From Acidobacteriota bacterium (GTDB lineage: Bacteria; Acidobacteriota; UBA890; WLXD01): a DNA stretch of 64,000 bases. The position numbers were made by a program, and so were the translations under genes. The notes beneath the pieces were generated by a model. That model did no database searches and was not told the DNA's origin. It was given only the letters and a program-made list of their open reading frames with translations. Shown here piece after piece: positions 19,111 through 27,969 of this stretch (within the stretch, counting starts at the first letter, position 1; the number at the start of each line of letters is the position of its first letter). The stretch lies in NCBI GenBank assembly GCA_965248695.1, contig CBDFKD010000002.1, forward strand, positions 5,056,001-5,120,000. Direction: 5' to 3'.

Positions 19111-20973
19111 ATGGCTCGGAGTTTTGCCATGGCCATCAAGCGGACCCTGTTCTGTGTTGTCATAGGTTTGCTTGGGATCGCCCTTACGGCGAGCCCGAGC
19201 ATCGGCGAGGGAGTCGAAGCCGGCGGGCTGTTCGAACGCGCTGAGACTCTCTACCGACAGCTGCGCACCGTCGACCCGGAATGCGCCGACGACGCCTCCT
19301 GGAACCGTCTGCTGTCGGCCTTCGGCCGCATCCCGGTAGAATTTCCGGCTAACCCGCTGGCCGGCGATGCTCTCTGGCGCATCGGCGACATCCACTCACG
19401 GCGAATCGCCGCCGGCGATGCGGATGCCGCAATTGCCGCACATGCGGCCTACGACTCGCTGACTAGACGCTACCCGAGCAACGTCTACGCGCCCGAGGCA
19501 TACCTGCGTATGGGCGACCTGGCCCGTCCGGCAGAGGCGTCGGGATACTACTTCCGCTTGCTGGAGATCTACCCGGGTACGCCGCAAGCCGAGGAGGCGA
19601 GTCGGCGGATCACCGGACGCGGCACGCCATCGGCGACCGCGACCGTGGTCGCGGACAGCTCGCTTGCGAGCCCAGCCGCTCCCGAGCCGTTCAACGAGCC
19701 TACGTCAACCGTCGAGAAACAGCCGCCCGTCGAGGAGCTGGAGGCGATGCCCACCCCCGCCTCCGGTCCCTCGGCAGGGCGCGTTCCGTCGACACCCGTC
19801 ATGCCCGTGGCCGCGCCAGTCGAAATGAGCGGTACGCCCGAGACATTCGAGGCCACCGAGGCGGCGGAATCGGCCTCCCCACCGGCGATCACGGGTCGCG
19901 TGCTGAGCGTGCGCCATTTCTCCGATCGCAAACATACTCGCGTTGTCTTCGATCTAGACAACCCGGTCGACCACCGGGTTGGTGAGGCGCTATCCCCGCC
20001 GCGGGTGTTCATCGACTTGATCGGTGCCGATCTGGCGCGCAACCTACCGCGCAACCTGGCCGTCAATGGCGCCGGTGTGAGACAGATCCGCATGGCCGTC
20101 AACCGTCCGGGCGTCGTCCGCGCCGTCCTTGATCTGACCGGGTCACCGAAGTACAGCGTCTTCACGCTCGCGAGCCCACCGCGACTGGTTCTGGATGTTC
20201 CCAGCGCCTCCATGGCGAAGCAGCTCAACAGCGCCCGCAGACCAGATCCGCCGGCGGGCGGCTCCGAGGCACGTCAGTTGGGCTTCGGCGTGCGGCGTAT
20301 CGTCATCGACCCTGGTCACGGTGGTACGGCACCCGGGGCCATTGGCCGGTCCGGCGCGACGGAGAAGGATCTCACGCTCGACATTTCACGCCGCGTGGCA
20401 GGCAACCTGCGCAGCAGCAACTACGAGGTCATGCTGACGCGGGCCGATGACACTACGGTCGATCTGGAAGACAGGGCGGACTTTGCCACCGACAGCGGCG
20501 CCGATCTGTTCGTATCCATCCACGTGAACTCGAGCACGAACCGCAAGCTATCGGGCTTCGAGACCTACTACCTCGACCTGGCCACGGACCCGACGGCGGC
20601 CGAGACCGCCGCGCGGGAGAACTCCGGTGCCCGAGGTGGGGTCGGTGGCCTCAACGAAGTGCTCGACGAGATCGTCAGGAACGCCAACAAGCGCGAGTCA
20701 CGTGATCTCGCCAAGTCGATCCAGGACAGCCTGGTCATGCAGATGAGCAAAGAATACGGCGACGTCCGCGACCTGGGCGTCAAGCACGCCCCGTTCGTCG
20801 TGTTGGTCGGCGCCGAGATGCCAGCGGTGCTGATAGAAGTGTCGTTCCTCAGTAATCCGACCGAAGAGACGAGGCTGAACGAGGACGCTTACCGGCAACA
20901 GGTTGCCGACGCGATCCATATCGGCATCGAGAACTTCGTCGAGCAACGGCGCATGGTCACGACGGCCGAGTGA
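19111..20973 (+). CDS. N-acetylmuramoyl-L-alanine amidase (TPR-like + Pro/Ala linker + AMIN + Amidase_3)
   Basis: TRVVFDL and PPRVFIDL (AMIN), IDPGHGG, EKDLTL, FVSIHVN, PAVLIEVSFLSN. Confidence 0.95.
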   Translation: MARSFAMAIKRTLFCVVIGLLGIALTASPSIGEGVEAGGLFERAETLYRQLRTVDPECADDASWNRLLSAFGRIPVEFPANPLAGDALWRIGDIHSRRIAAGDADAAIAAHAAYDSLTRRYPSNVYAPEAYLRMGDLARPAEASGYYFRLLEIYPGTPQAEEASRRITGRGTPSATATVVADSSLASPAAPEPFNEPTSTVEKQPPVEELEAMPTPASGPSAGRVPSTPVMPVAAPVEMSGTPETFEATEAAESASPPAITGRVLSVRHFSDRKHTRVVFDLDNPVDHRVGEALSPPRVFIDLIGADLARNLPRNLAVNGAGVRQIRMAVNRPGVVRAVLDLTGSPKYSVFTLASPPRLVLDVPSASMAKQLNSARRPDPPAGGSEARQLGFGVRRIVIDPGHGGTAPGAIGRSGATEKDLTLDISRRVAGNLRSSNYEVMLTRADDTTVDLEDRADFATDSGADLFVSIHVNSSTNRKLSGFETYYLDLATDPTAAETAARENSGARGGVGGLNEVLDEIVRNANKRESRDLAKSIQDSLVMQMSKEYGDVRDLGVKHAPFVVLVGAEMPAVLIEVSFLSNPTEETRLNEDAYRQQVADAIHIGIENFVEQRRMVTTAE

Positions 20974-21340
20974 TCACGGGTCGATACGTGGCGCTGAACC
21001 CGACGGCTTCGCCGACGGTCAGCTCGACCAGCCCGTTGTCGGGCAGCTCGCTGGCGACCAAATGCGCCAGATGCCTGGCGACCTCTTCGGCCGTCGGATT
21101 GAGGACGTCGAACGGTGGCAGCTCGTTGATGCACCGGCCGCGATGCCGTCGGGTCCACTCGCCGATCACCGCCCGTGCCTGTTGCGCGCTGGCCAGCGGA
21201 TCTCCGGTGGGTTCGAGCAACGCCGACACACGCCAGTGGTGAACGTGGATCGGTTCGCGGGTGCCGGCTGCGTCGATCCGAATGCGATGCGCGGCCGGGA
21301 AACTGGCCCGAACTCGGATTCGGATGATCGTGGCGTGCAT
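20957..21340 (-). CDS. 6-pyruvoyl-tetrahydropterin synthase/QueD-family (T-fold) protein, Glu-type
   Basis: F.AAH, EPIHVH, INE...F...NPTAE.VA, V.E....A.Y. Confidence 0.85.
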   Translation of the reverse strand: MHATIIRIRVRASFPAAHRIRIDAAGTREPIHVHHWRVSALLEPTGDPLASAQQARAVIGEWTRRHRGRCINELPPFDVLNPTAEEVARHLAHLVASELPDNGLVELTVGEAVGFSATYRPVITRPS

Positions 21341-21412
21341 GCGCTTCCATTTTATTCGCGGCGTCTGGCCGGCTAGAATCGGTAACCCAACTCGCCACCG
21401 GACGGATTCACG

Positions 21413-22009
21413 ATGAGCATCGATTCCAAGTCCTCGGAAACACTGTCGTCAGCGGGCGCCGCGCCGGTCAACATGTTGTGGACGTTGCCCAATGCGCTCA
21501 CCCTCCTCAGGATCTTCCTGGTCCCGCTATTGGTGGCGTTCCTGTTGACCCGTTACGCGTGGACCGGACTTGCCGTATTCCTCGCGGCATCGTTCACCGA
21601 TTGGTTGGATGGGCACCTGGCCCGCAAACATAAACAGGTGACGACGCTCGGGCAACTGCTCGACCCGGTGGCCGACAAGCTACTGATCTCGGCGGCCTTC
21701 GTCTCTCTCGTCCAGATCGGTCTGGCTCCCGCGTGGATGGTGGTGGTCATCATTGGGCGCGAGTTGGCGGTCACGGGTTTGAGGGCGGTCGCGGCGGCGC
21801 GCAACATCATCATTCCAGCCGGTAGGCTCGGCAAGTACAAGCTCGGCGCTCAGGTCGTGGCCGTATCCATCCTGATCCTGCGGGCGCGCTTCGACGGCCT
21901 CGAGGTAGCGGGCCAGATCGCCCTGTGGGTGGTGGTTGCCTTGGCGGCGGCGTCGGCGGCGCAGTACTTCATCGGCTTCTGGAACCGCGTTGGAATTCCG
22001 GAGTCTTGA
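21413..22009 (+). CDS. pgsA: CDP-diacylglycerol--glycerol-3-phosphate 3-phosphatidyltransferase
   Basis: LPNALTLLRI, TDWLDGHLAR, GQLLDPVADK, RELAVTGLR, GKYK. Confidence 0.95.
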   Translation: MSIDSKSSETLSSAGAAPVNMLWTLPNALTLLRIFLVPLLVAFLLTRYAWTGLAVFLAASFTDWLDGHLARKHKQVTTLGQLLDPVADKLLISAAFVSLVQIGLAPAWMVVVIIGRELAVTGLRAVAAARNIIIPAGRLGKYKLGAQVVAVSILILRARFDGLEVAGQIALWVVVALAAASAAQYFIGFWNRVGIPES

Positions 22010-22034
22010 GAATGGCCCAGCGGCCGCCGCGAGC

Positions 22035-23063
22035 TCATGATCGTACGAGCGATTCGCCTGGCGACGGATCCTGCCCGAGCGCGGTGAGCAAGCGACGCGA
22101 TAGCGTGGAAGCCATTTCGTCGTAGCCTCCTTCAGGAACCGGGACCTGCCCGCCCGCCATGGTGCCGTGGCCTCCCGCAGTACCGAGGCCGGCCACGATG
22201 CGTCGAATGAATCGGCCGGCGTGGGCGAAGGGATCCGTCGTTCGGAGTGAGACGACGAGATCGTTGCGATGCTGTCCCATGCAGCAAGACCACTCGGTAC
22301 CCTGAAGCCGCAAGAGGAAGTCGGCGATCTCGGCGACGATGTCCGGCGTCGCTACGGCCTGCAGGTCGGTCATCACCACCTTGTCGTAGATCACCGCGCG
22401 TTCGATGGCCTGATGAAATGCGCTGAAGTACTCGCGCGGCACCCGAGCGCGTTGTATTCGGGCCACCGAAGCCATGTCGGCCTGTTCCAGCAGGCGAAAG
22501 TAGGCAGCCCTGTCGGCGTCACCGGCCTCACGACCCAGATCGAGCGTCTCTGACCGAATTGCGTAGAACAGCGCGGTGGCGAGATCGGTGGGCAACTCCA
22601 GATCCGCAGCGTCGAGGTACTCGAGCATCATCGTCGCGGTCGCCCCGTATTGCTGACGTATGTCGGCAAAGGGCACTGTGTCGAGGTCGAACTTCAACGG
22701 GTGGTGGTCGAAGACTGCAACCAGCGGCCACCCCTCTACCCACGAGTTGTTGCCGGTGCCGGGCTGAGTGTCGACCAGGGCAACCGCCGAGACCTGGCTC
22801 AGGTCGAGCGTCGACAACGGTTCCGGGGCGAGGTTGAGGACCTGAACCATTGCACGGTTTTCTGCTCGGCCGATGAGGCCGGAGAACGCCACTCGCGCCT
22901 CCGTATCGCAGTGACCTTCGAGAAGGAGGCGCAGAGCGAAGGCGCTGGCGAGGGCGTCTGGGTCCAGGTTGTCGTGCGTCAGGATCACCGCAGAGGAGGC
23001 GTCGCGAAAAACCTCTTGCAGCTGGCCGATCTTGGCACCGAGTGGCGACGGCGCCGGCTTCAC
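22035..23063 (-). CDS. DHH/DHHA1 phosphoesterase (NrnA-like)
   Basis: THDNLDPDALAS, LVDTQP, FDHH, AGGH...AGG. The GTG start overlaps the pepA stop. Confidence 0.9.
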   Translation of the reverse strand: MKPAPSPLGAKIGQLQEVFRDASSAVILTHDNLDPDALASAFALRLLLEGHCDTEARVAFSGLIGRAENRAMVQVLNLAPEPLSTLDLSQVSAVALVDTQPGTGNNSWVEGWPLVAVFDHHPLKFDLDTVPFADIRQQYGATATMMLEYLDAADLELPTDLATALFYAIRSETLDLGREAGDADRAAYFRLLEQADMASVARIQRARVPREYFSAFHQAIERAVIYDKVVMTDLQAVATPDIVAEIADFLLRLQGTEWSCCMGQHRNDLVVSLRTTDPFAHAGRFIRRIVAGLGTAGGHGTMAGGQVPVPEGGYDEMASTLSRRLLTALGQDPSPGESLVRS

Positions 23064-24547
23064 GCCTGTGCCCGGTGCCGCAGCCAGCTCACCAGCAGCC
23101 GTACCCCGAAGCCCGCACCACCGCGAGGTACGTACGGTGTCGGCTTTGTGCGATAGGCGGGGCCGGCGATGTCCAGATGGGCCCACGGTCGGTCGTCCAC
23201 GAAGCGCTCGAGAAACTTGGCGGCGGTGATCGCGCCGGCCCATCGGGCGCCGCTATTCTTGATGTCGGCGATCTTGCTGTCGATCATCTTGGCGTAGTGC
23301 GGAAACATCGGCAGGCGCCAAAGCGGTTCACCGACGCGCTCTCCGGCGGCGGTGAGCTCCGCCGCGAGATCGGCGTTGTTGTCCATCAGGCCGGCGACGT
23401 CCTCGCCCAGCGCCACGACACAGGCGCCGGTCAACGTCGCGAGATCGACGACACAGCGAGGATCGAAGCGTTCGCAGGCGTACGCTAGCGAATCAGCCAG
23501 GATCAGACGACCTTCCGCGTCAGTGTTGATCACCTCGATGGTCGTACCGCCGTAGGCCCGGATCAGGTCGCCCGGTCGGTAGCTATCGCCACCGGGCATG
23601 TTCTCCGCCATCGGTACGACGCCAATGACGCGCAGAGGCAGCTCGAGCTCGGCGACGGCACGCAAGGCGCCGAGCGTGGCTGCTGCCCCCGACATGTCCG
23701 ATTTCATCTCGTCCATCGAGGTGGCTGGCTTCAGCGAGATACCGCCAGTATCGAAGGTGACCCCCTTGCCGACGATAACGATGGGGTCGGCATCCGGGTC
23801 GGCTCCGGCGTGTTCGAGGATGACGACACGAGGCTCGACTGAGGATCCACGCGCCACCGCCAGAAGCGCATTCATGCCCAGGTCGCGTGCGGAGGCCTCG
23901 TCGATTACCTCGCAGCGGAGGCCCGTGTCGCTCGCCATCTCCTGTGCCCGCTTCGCGAGGGCCGGCGGGCGCTTGTCGCTCGGCGAGGTGTTGATCAGGT
24001 CGCGAGCCCAGTAAGTCGCCCGCGCGACTGTCGCGGCGATGGCGACTTCTTCCTCGGCATCTTCAGCAACACCGACGACTCGAACCTCGTCGATGCTCAC
24101 CTCGTCGTCCGCGGGCTGCTTGAACTCGGCGAATCGATACTCGCCCAGCAGCACCGCCTCGGCAGCGGCCGCTGCGGTGATCTTGTCAGGAGCCACCTCC
24201 GGACGCACTGCCACGGCCAGCCGGCGGGCACCGTGTCGGCGAGCTGCTGCGGCGCCTCGCGCCACGGCGCGCCGCCAGGATTCGAGGTCCACGTCGCTCG
24301 CGGCTCCGAGACCTACAAGAATGATCTCGTTCAGGCCGTCTCCGGCGGGCATTGGAAGGTGGAAACACCGACCGGCCTTGCCATTGAACGCCGGGCCGCT
24401 CAGCGCCGCGGCGATGCGGCCGTCCAGAGCCTCATCCAGTGAGTTCCAGGGCGCCACGTCCGAGGACTTGGGATAGGCGAGTATCAGGGCGTCAGCGTCG
24501 ACCTCGGTCGAGGCGGGACCGCCTACACGGATATTGATCTCGGTCAT
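23060..24547 (-). CDS. pepA: leucyl aminopeptidase (M17)
   Basis: GKGVTFDTGG, MKSDMSG, NTDAEGRL, DLATLTG, WAHLDIAG. Confidence 0.97.
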   Translation of the reverse strand: MTEINIRVGGPASTEVDADALILAYPKSSDVAPWNSLDEALDGRIAAALSGPAFNGKAGRCFHLPMPAGDGLNEIILVGLGAASDVDLESWRRAVARGAAAARRHGARRLAVAVRPEVAPDKITAAAAAEAVLLGEYRFAEFKQPADDEVSIDEVRVVGVAEDAEEEVAIAATVARATYWARDLINTSPSDKRPPALAKRAQEMASDTGLRCEVIDEASARDLGMNALLAVARGSSVEPRVVILEHAGADPDADPIVIVGKGVTFDTGGISLKPATSMDEMKSDMSGAAATLGALRAVAELELPLRVIGVVPMAENMPGGDSYRPGDLIRAYGGTTIEVINTDAEGRLILADSLAYACERFDPRCVVDLATLTGACVVALGEDVAGLMDNNADLAAELTAAGERVGEPLWRLPMFPHYAKMIDSKIADIKNSGARWAGAITAAKFLERFVDDRPWAHLDIAGPAYRTKPTPYVPRGGAGFGVRLLVSWLRHRAQA

Positions 24548-24577
24548 CGAGTTGGCTCCGACAAGGGGAGACTAGCT

Positions 24578-24659
24578 GGCCTGCTGGGGCATCGGTGACG
24601 AGGCGCAACCCCGATATCGCCACCAGGATACGCAACGCTCATCTGTTACAGGCCACTAG
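24578..24659. repeat. truncated copy of the pheS-pheT nested element, fused to the dcd stop codon
   Basis: GGCCTGCTGG (inner-type end), then CATCG-GTGACG-A-GGCG-CAACCCCG-ATATCGCC (3' half of the hairpin module), then GGATACGCAACGCTCATCTGTTACAGGCCACTAG (outer TIR). Confidence 0.85.
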
Positions 24660-25213
24660 ATGCGGGGTGCTGTGATCCCGGTCTGCGCCTGATACTTGCC
24701 ACTACGGTCAGCATACGAGGTCTCACAAGCCGGGCTGCCCTCGAAGAACAGCAACTGCGCGATGCCCTCGTTGGCATAAATGCGCGCTGGCAGAGGGGTC
24801 GTATTGGAGATCTCCAGCGTCACGTGACCTTCCCACTCCGGTTCCAGCGGAGTGACGTTGGTGATGATGCCGCAGCGCGCGTATGTCGACTTTCCGACGC
24901 AAACCACCAGGACTTCGCGCGGTATGCGGAAGTACTCGAGCGACCGGGCGAGGGCGAACGAGTTGGGCGGGATGATGCACTCTGGCCCGCTGTACTCGAC
25001 CACCATCGAGTTGACGTCGAAGGACTTGGGATCGACGACCGTGCTGCGCACGTTCGTGAAGATCTGGAACTCCTCGGCGATGCGCAGGTCGTACCCGTAC
25101 GACGATACGCCGTAGGAAATGATTCCATCGGAGACCTGGGTTTCCTCGAACGGCTCGATCATGCGCTGCTCGACCGCCATCTTCCGGATCCACGTATCAG
25201 GCTTGATGCCCAT
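24656..25213 (-). CDS. dcd: dCTP deaminase
   Basis: [42 protein letters not shown]. Confidence 0.97.
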   Translation of the reverse strand: MGIKPDTWIRKMAVEQRMIEPFEETQVSDGIISYGVSSYGYDLRIAEEFQIFTNVRSTVVDPKSFDVNSMVVEYSGPECIIPPNSFALARSLEYFRIPREVLVVCVGKSTYARCGIITNVTPLEPEWEGHVTLEISNTTPLPARIYANEGIAQLLFFEGSPACETSYADRSGKYQAQTGITAPRI

Positions 25214-25223
25214 TCATTGACTC

Positions 25224-25243
25224 CTAGCAGGCCCTGAAGAAAG
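25224..25243 (+). repeat. solo end resembling the inner (IS5/IS1182-like) terminal repeat
   Basis: CTAGCAGGCCCTGAAGAAAG versus CTAGCAGGCCGAGGTGAAAG at 38824. It overlaps the dcd SD on the minus strand. Confidence 0.45.
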
Positions 25244-25285
25244 CGCGGAAAACGGTTCGGGGCGCCATGGTTACGTTACGGTCTG

Positions 25286-26143
25286 TCAAACGGCCGTACG
25301 GCGTTGCTCGGCTCGGCCGCGCAAGCGTTCGCTCCATTGGATGGGAACCCTGTGCTGCCCCAGCTGCGCATCCCCACGGCCCGGACCGTGAAAGTCGGAT
25401 CCCCCGGAGGGTAGCAAACCCAGGCGCTCGCATGATTCCAGCAAGCTGCGCTCGCGCCGCTCGGGGTGTCGCGGATGACGTACCTCGATGCCGTCGAGCC
25501 CGAGGTTGGCGAGCTCCCCGAGGAGTTTTTCGCGCACCCGGCTGCTTCCGGGATGGGCCACGACCGCGACGCCACCGGCACCGTGAATCGTCGAGATGAC
25601 TTCGGCGGCATCGGCTGATCGCTTTGCTACGAAAGCCGGCCGGCCGATGCCCAGATACCGATCGAAGGCCTCTTGTGAAGCAGCGACGGTGCCGACTCGC
25701 ACCAGAGCGGCCGCCACATGCGGACGTCCGATCGGTGCTCCCGACGCCATGTCGGCGACGGCTGCCATATTTATCGGGATTCCGAGCTTGTGAAGTCGCG
25801 CGACCATGATCTCGGCACGTTCGTCGCGGTACGCGCGCTGGCGTGCCGTCAGCTCCCCGAGCTCCGGCGTCGTCGCATCGATGAACAAGCCGAGAATGTG
25901 GATTTCACGTCCCCCTGCCTGGCTCGAAAGCTCGACTCCCGGGATCACTTCCAGGTTCGCGCGTGCAGCCAAGCAACTGGCAGCGTGCTGCGCCCGGGCA
26001 ACGCCATCGACGGTGTCGTGGTCGGTGACGGCGACGGCGGCGAGCCCGGCGTTGACGGCCGCCGCCACCAGCTCCTCAGGAGTCAGCACACCGTCTGAGC
26101 AGGTCGTGTGCGCGTGCAGATCGACCGTGTGTTCACCAGACAT
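25286..26143 (-). CDS. PHP-domain phosphoesterase (TrpH/YciV-like)
   Basis: DLHAHTTCSDG, VTDHDT, PGVELS, HILG, GRPHVA, AHP, GGSDFHG. Confidence 0.95.
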   Translation of the reverse strand: MSGEHTVDLHAHTTCSDGVLTPEELVAAAVNAGLAAVAVTDHDTVDGVARAQHAASCLAARANLEVIPGVELSSQAGGREIHILGLFIDATTPELGELTARQRAYRDERAEIMVARLHKLGIPINMAAVADMASGAPIGRPHVAAALVRVGTVAASQEAFDRYLGIGRPAFVAKRSADAAEVISTIHGAGGVAVVAHPGSSRVREKLLGELANLGLDGIEVRHPRHPERRERSLLESCERLGLLPSGGSDFHGPGRGDAQLGQHRVPIQWSERLRGRAEQRRTAV

Positions 26144-26250
26144 ACGTGTCCCATGGGAGTCGGCGCCCCATCCCGTCAAGCCACCGCTGGCGAGTGTCCA
26201 GGAGGCCGGAGCCGCGGTCAAGCCGCCGAATCGCCTCGGCCGTTGCCGGC

Positions 26251-26265
26251 TATACTTGTGGATAA
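26251..26265 (+). promoter_or_regulatory. -10-like TATACT followed immediately by a consensus DnaA box
   Basis: TATACT (26251-26256), then TGTGGATAA (26257-26265, reverse complement of TTATCCACA), in a divergent intergenic region. Confidence 0.4.
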
Positions 26266-26348
26266 CGATCGAGCAGGGCATACGATGCACCCTCATTTCA
26301 TCCGGGTCGTCGTCGCCGCTCGTTCATCTTCCGACAACGGGCGTTGCG

Positions 26349-27521
26349 ATGCCGCAGGTGGTCGAGGCCGCTCAGCTGGGAACGAACGAAGATCAAGCGC
26401 TTATCGCGCAGACCGTGCGCGAGTTCGCCGAAGCCGAGATTCGCCCCTACGTGCGCGAATGGGACGAGGCGCAGCACTTTCCGGACACACTGCTACGCAG
26501 CATGGGCGATCTCGGGCTCATGGGAGTGATGATTCCCGAGCAGTACGGTGGTGCAGGCATGGGGCCCCGGGAGCTCGCCACTGTGATCGAGGAGCTCGCG
26601 CGGGTGGACCCGTCGGTGGCGTTGTCGGTGGCGGCGCACAATGGACTTTGTGTCGGGCATCTGATGATCGCCGCCAGCGAAGAGCAGCGGCGGCGCTACC
26701 TGCCACGGCTGGCGACGGCCGAGTGGGTCGGTTGCTGGGGGCTGACCGAAGCACGGTCCGGATCCGACGCCGCCGGTACCCAGACACGAGCCGTTCTTGA
26801 TGACACGAGCAACCAGTGGATTCTCAATGGCTCGAAGACGTTCAATACCAATGGCGCGCGGGCGGACCTGGCGGTCATCCATGCCGTGACCACACCCGGA
26901 CACGGCAACAAGGGGATCTCGGCGTTCGCGGTCGAGCGTGGCACGGCCGGTTATCGCGTTGGCCGCAAGGAGGACAAGCTAGGGATGCGCGCCAGCGATA
27001 CCGTCGAGCTGGTGCTCCAGGACTGCGCCGTTCCGGCGGAGAATCTGCTGGGCGAGCTCGATCATGGCTTCATAGATGCGCTCAAAGTGCTCGATCGCGG
27101 GCGTATCAGCATCGGGGCCCTGTCGGTCGGTGTTGGTCAGGCAGCGCTTGATGCGGCGATCGGGTACGTCCACGAGCGGCAACAGTTCGGGCGCCCGATC
27201 GGTAGCTTCGAGGCAATCCGTCACAAGCTGGCGCGGATGGCCGCCGAGATCGGGGCGGCGCGGCTGATGGTGATGCGCGCCGCGATGCTGCGCGAGCTCG
27301 GCAGGCCGTTCAAGAACATGGCCTCGATGGCGAAGCTCTACGCCTCGGAGGTCGGTATGCGTGCCGCCGAGGAGTCGGTGCAGATCCACGGTGGATACGG
27401 CTACGTGAAGGATTATCCGGTCGAGAAGTATTTCCGCGACGCCAAGCTCTGCACCATCGGTGAGGGGACCTCGGAAATTCAGCGGCTGGTCATCTCCCGA
27501 CAGCTCCTGGCGGCGATCTGA
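26349..27521 (+). CDS. acyl-CoA dehydrogenase (short/branched-chain type)
   Basis: LTEARSGSD, GSKTFNTN, KLGMRASDT, QFGRPI, IHGGYGY, RDAK..TIGEGTSEIQ (catalytic Glu present). Confidence 0.96.
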   Translation: MPQVVEAAQLGTNEDQALIAQTVREFAEAEIRPYVREWDEAQHFPDTLLRSMGDLGLMGVMIPEQYGGAGMGPRELATVIEELARVDPSVALSVAAHNGLCVGHLMIAASEEQRRRYLPRLATAEWVGCWGLTEARSGSDAAGTQTRAVLDDTSNQWILNGSKTFNTNGARADLAVIHAVTTPGHGNKGISAFAVERGTAGYRVGRKEDKLGMRASDTVELVLQDCAVPAENLLGELDHGFIDALKVLDRGRISIGALSVGVGQAALDAAIGYVHERQQFGRPIGSFEAIRHKLARMAAEIGAARLMVMRAAMLRELGRPFKNMASMAKLYASEVGMRAAEESVQIHGGYGYVKDYPVEKYFRDAKLCTIGEGTSEIQRLVISRQLLAAI

Positions 27522-27522
27522 G

Positions 27523-27948
27523 GTGGCGTTCGACGCGATACCGGTGGGACCTTTGGATCACGTCGCGATCGCCGTCCATGACCTCGAGGCGGCGGCGAAG
27601 CGCCTTGGCGGGCCGTTCGGTGTACAGCTCACGCACCGGGAAGAGATCGCCGGAGCCGAAGTGGAAGTGGCCTTCCTGCAGCTCCCGGGACAGACCAGCA
27701 TCGAGCTGGTGTGCCCCCTCGTCGACAACACGCCGCTGGCGCGGTTTCTGGATCGCCGCGGCGAAGCGTTGCACCACATCTGCTTCCGCGTCGACGATGT
27801 CGCTGCCGCCTTGGCGACCGCGCGACAGGCGGGAATCGATCTTATCGACGAGCAGCCTCGCCCGGGTGCCAGAGGCTCGCGCATCGCGTTCCTGCACCCG
27901 CGGTCGGTTGGCGGTGTGCTGATCGAGCTGAAGCAGAAGGCGGAGTAG
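27523..27948 (+). CDS. mce: methylmalonyl-CoA epimerase (VOC family)
   Basis: LDHVAIAV, IELVCP, GEALHHICF.V, AFLHP....GVLIEL. Confidence 0.9.
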   Translation: MAFDAIPVGPLDHVAIAVHDLEAAAKRLGGPFGVQLTHREEIAGAEVEVAFLQLPGQTSIELVCPLVDNTPLARFLDRRGEALHHICFRVDDVAAALATARQAGIDLIDEQPRPGARGSRIAFLHPRSVGGVLIELKQKAE

Positions 27949-27969
27949 GGAAGCGGGTGGCGCTGAGCG

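Noticed and set aside
19620-19890. Pro/Ala/Glu-rich low-complexity stretch in the amidase
   Set aside because: An ordinary disordered linker with no tandem periodicity.
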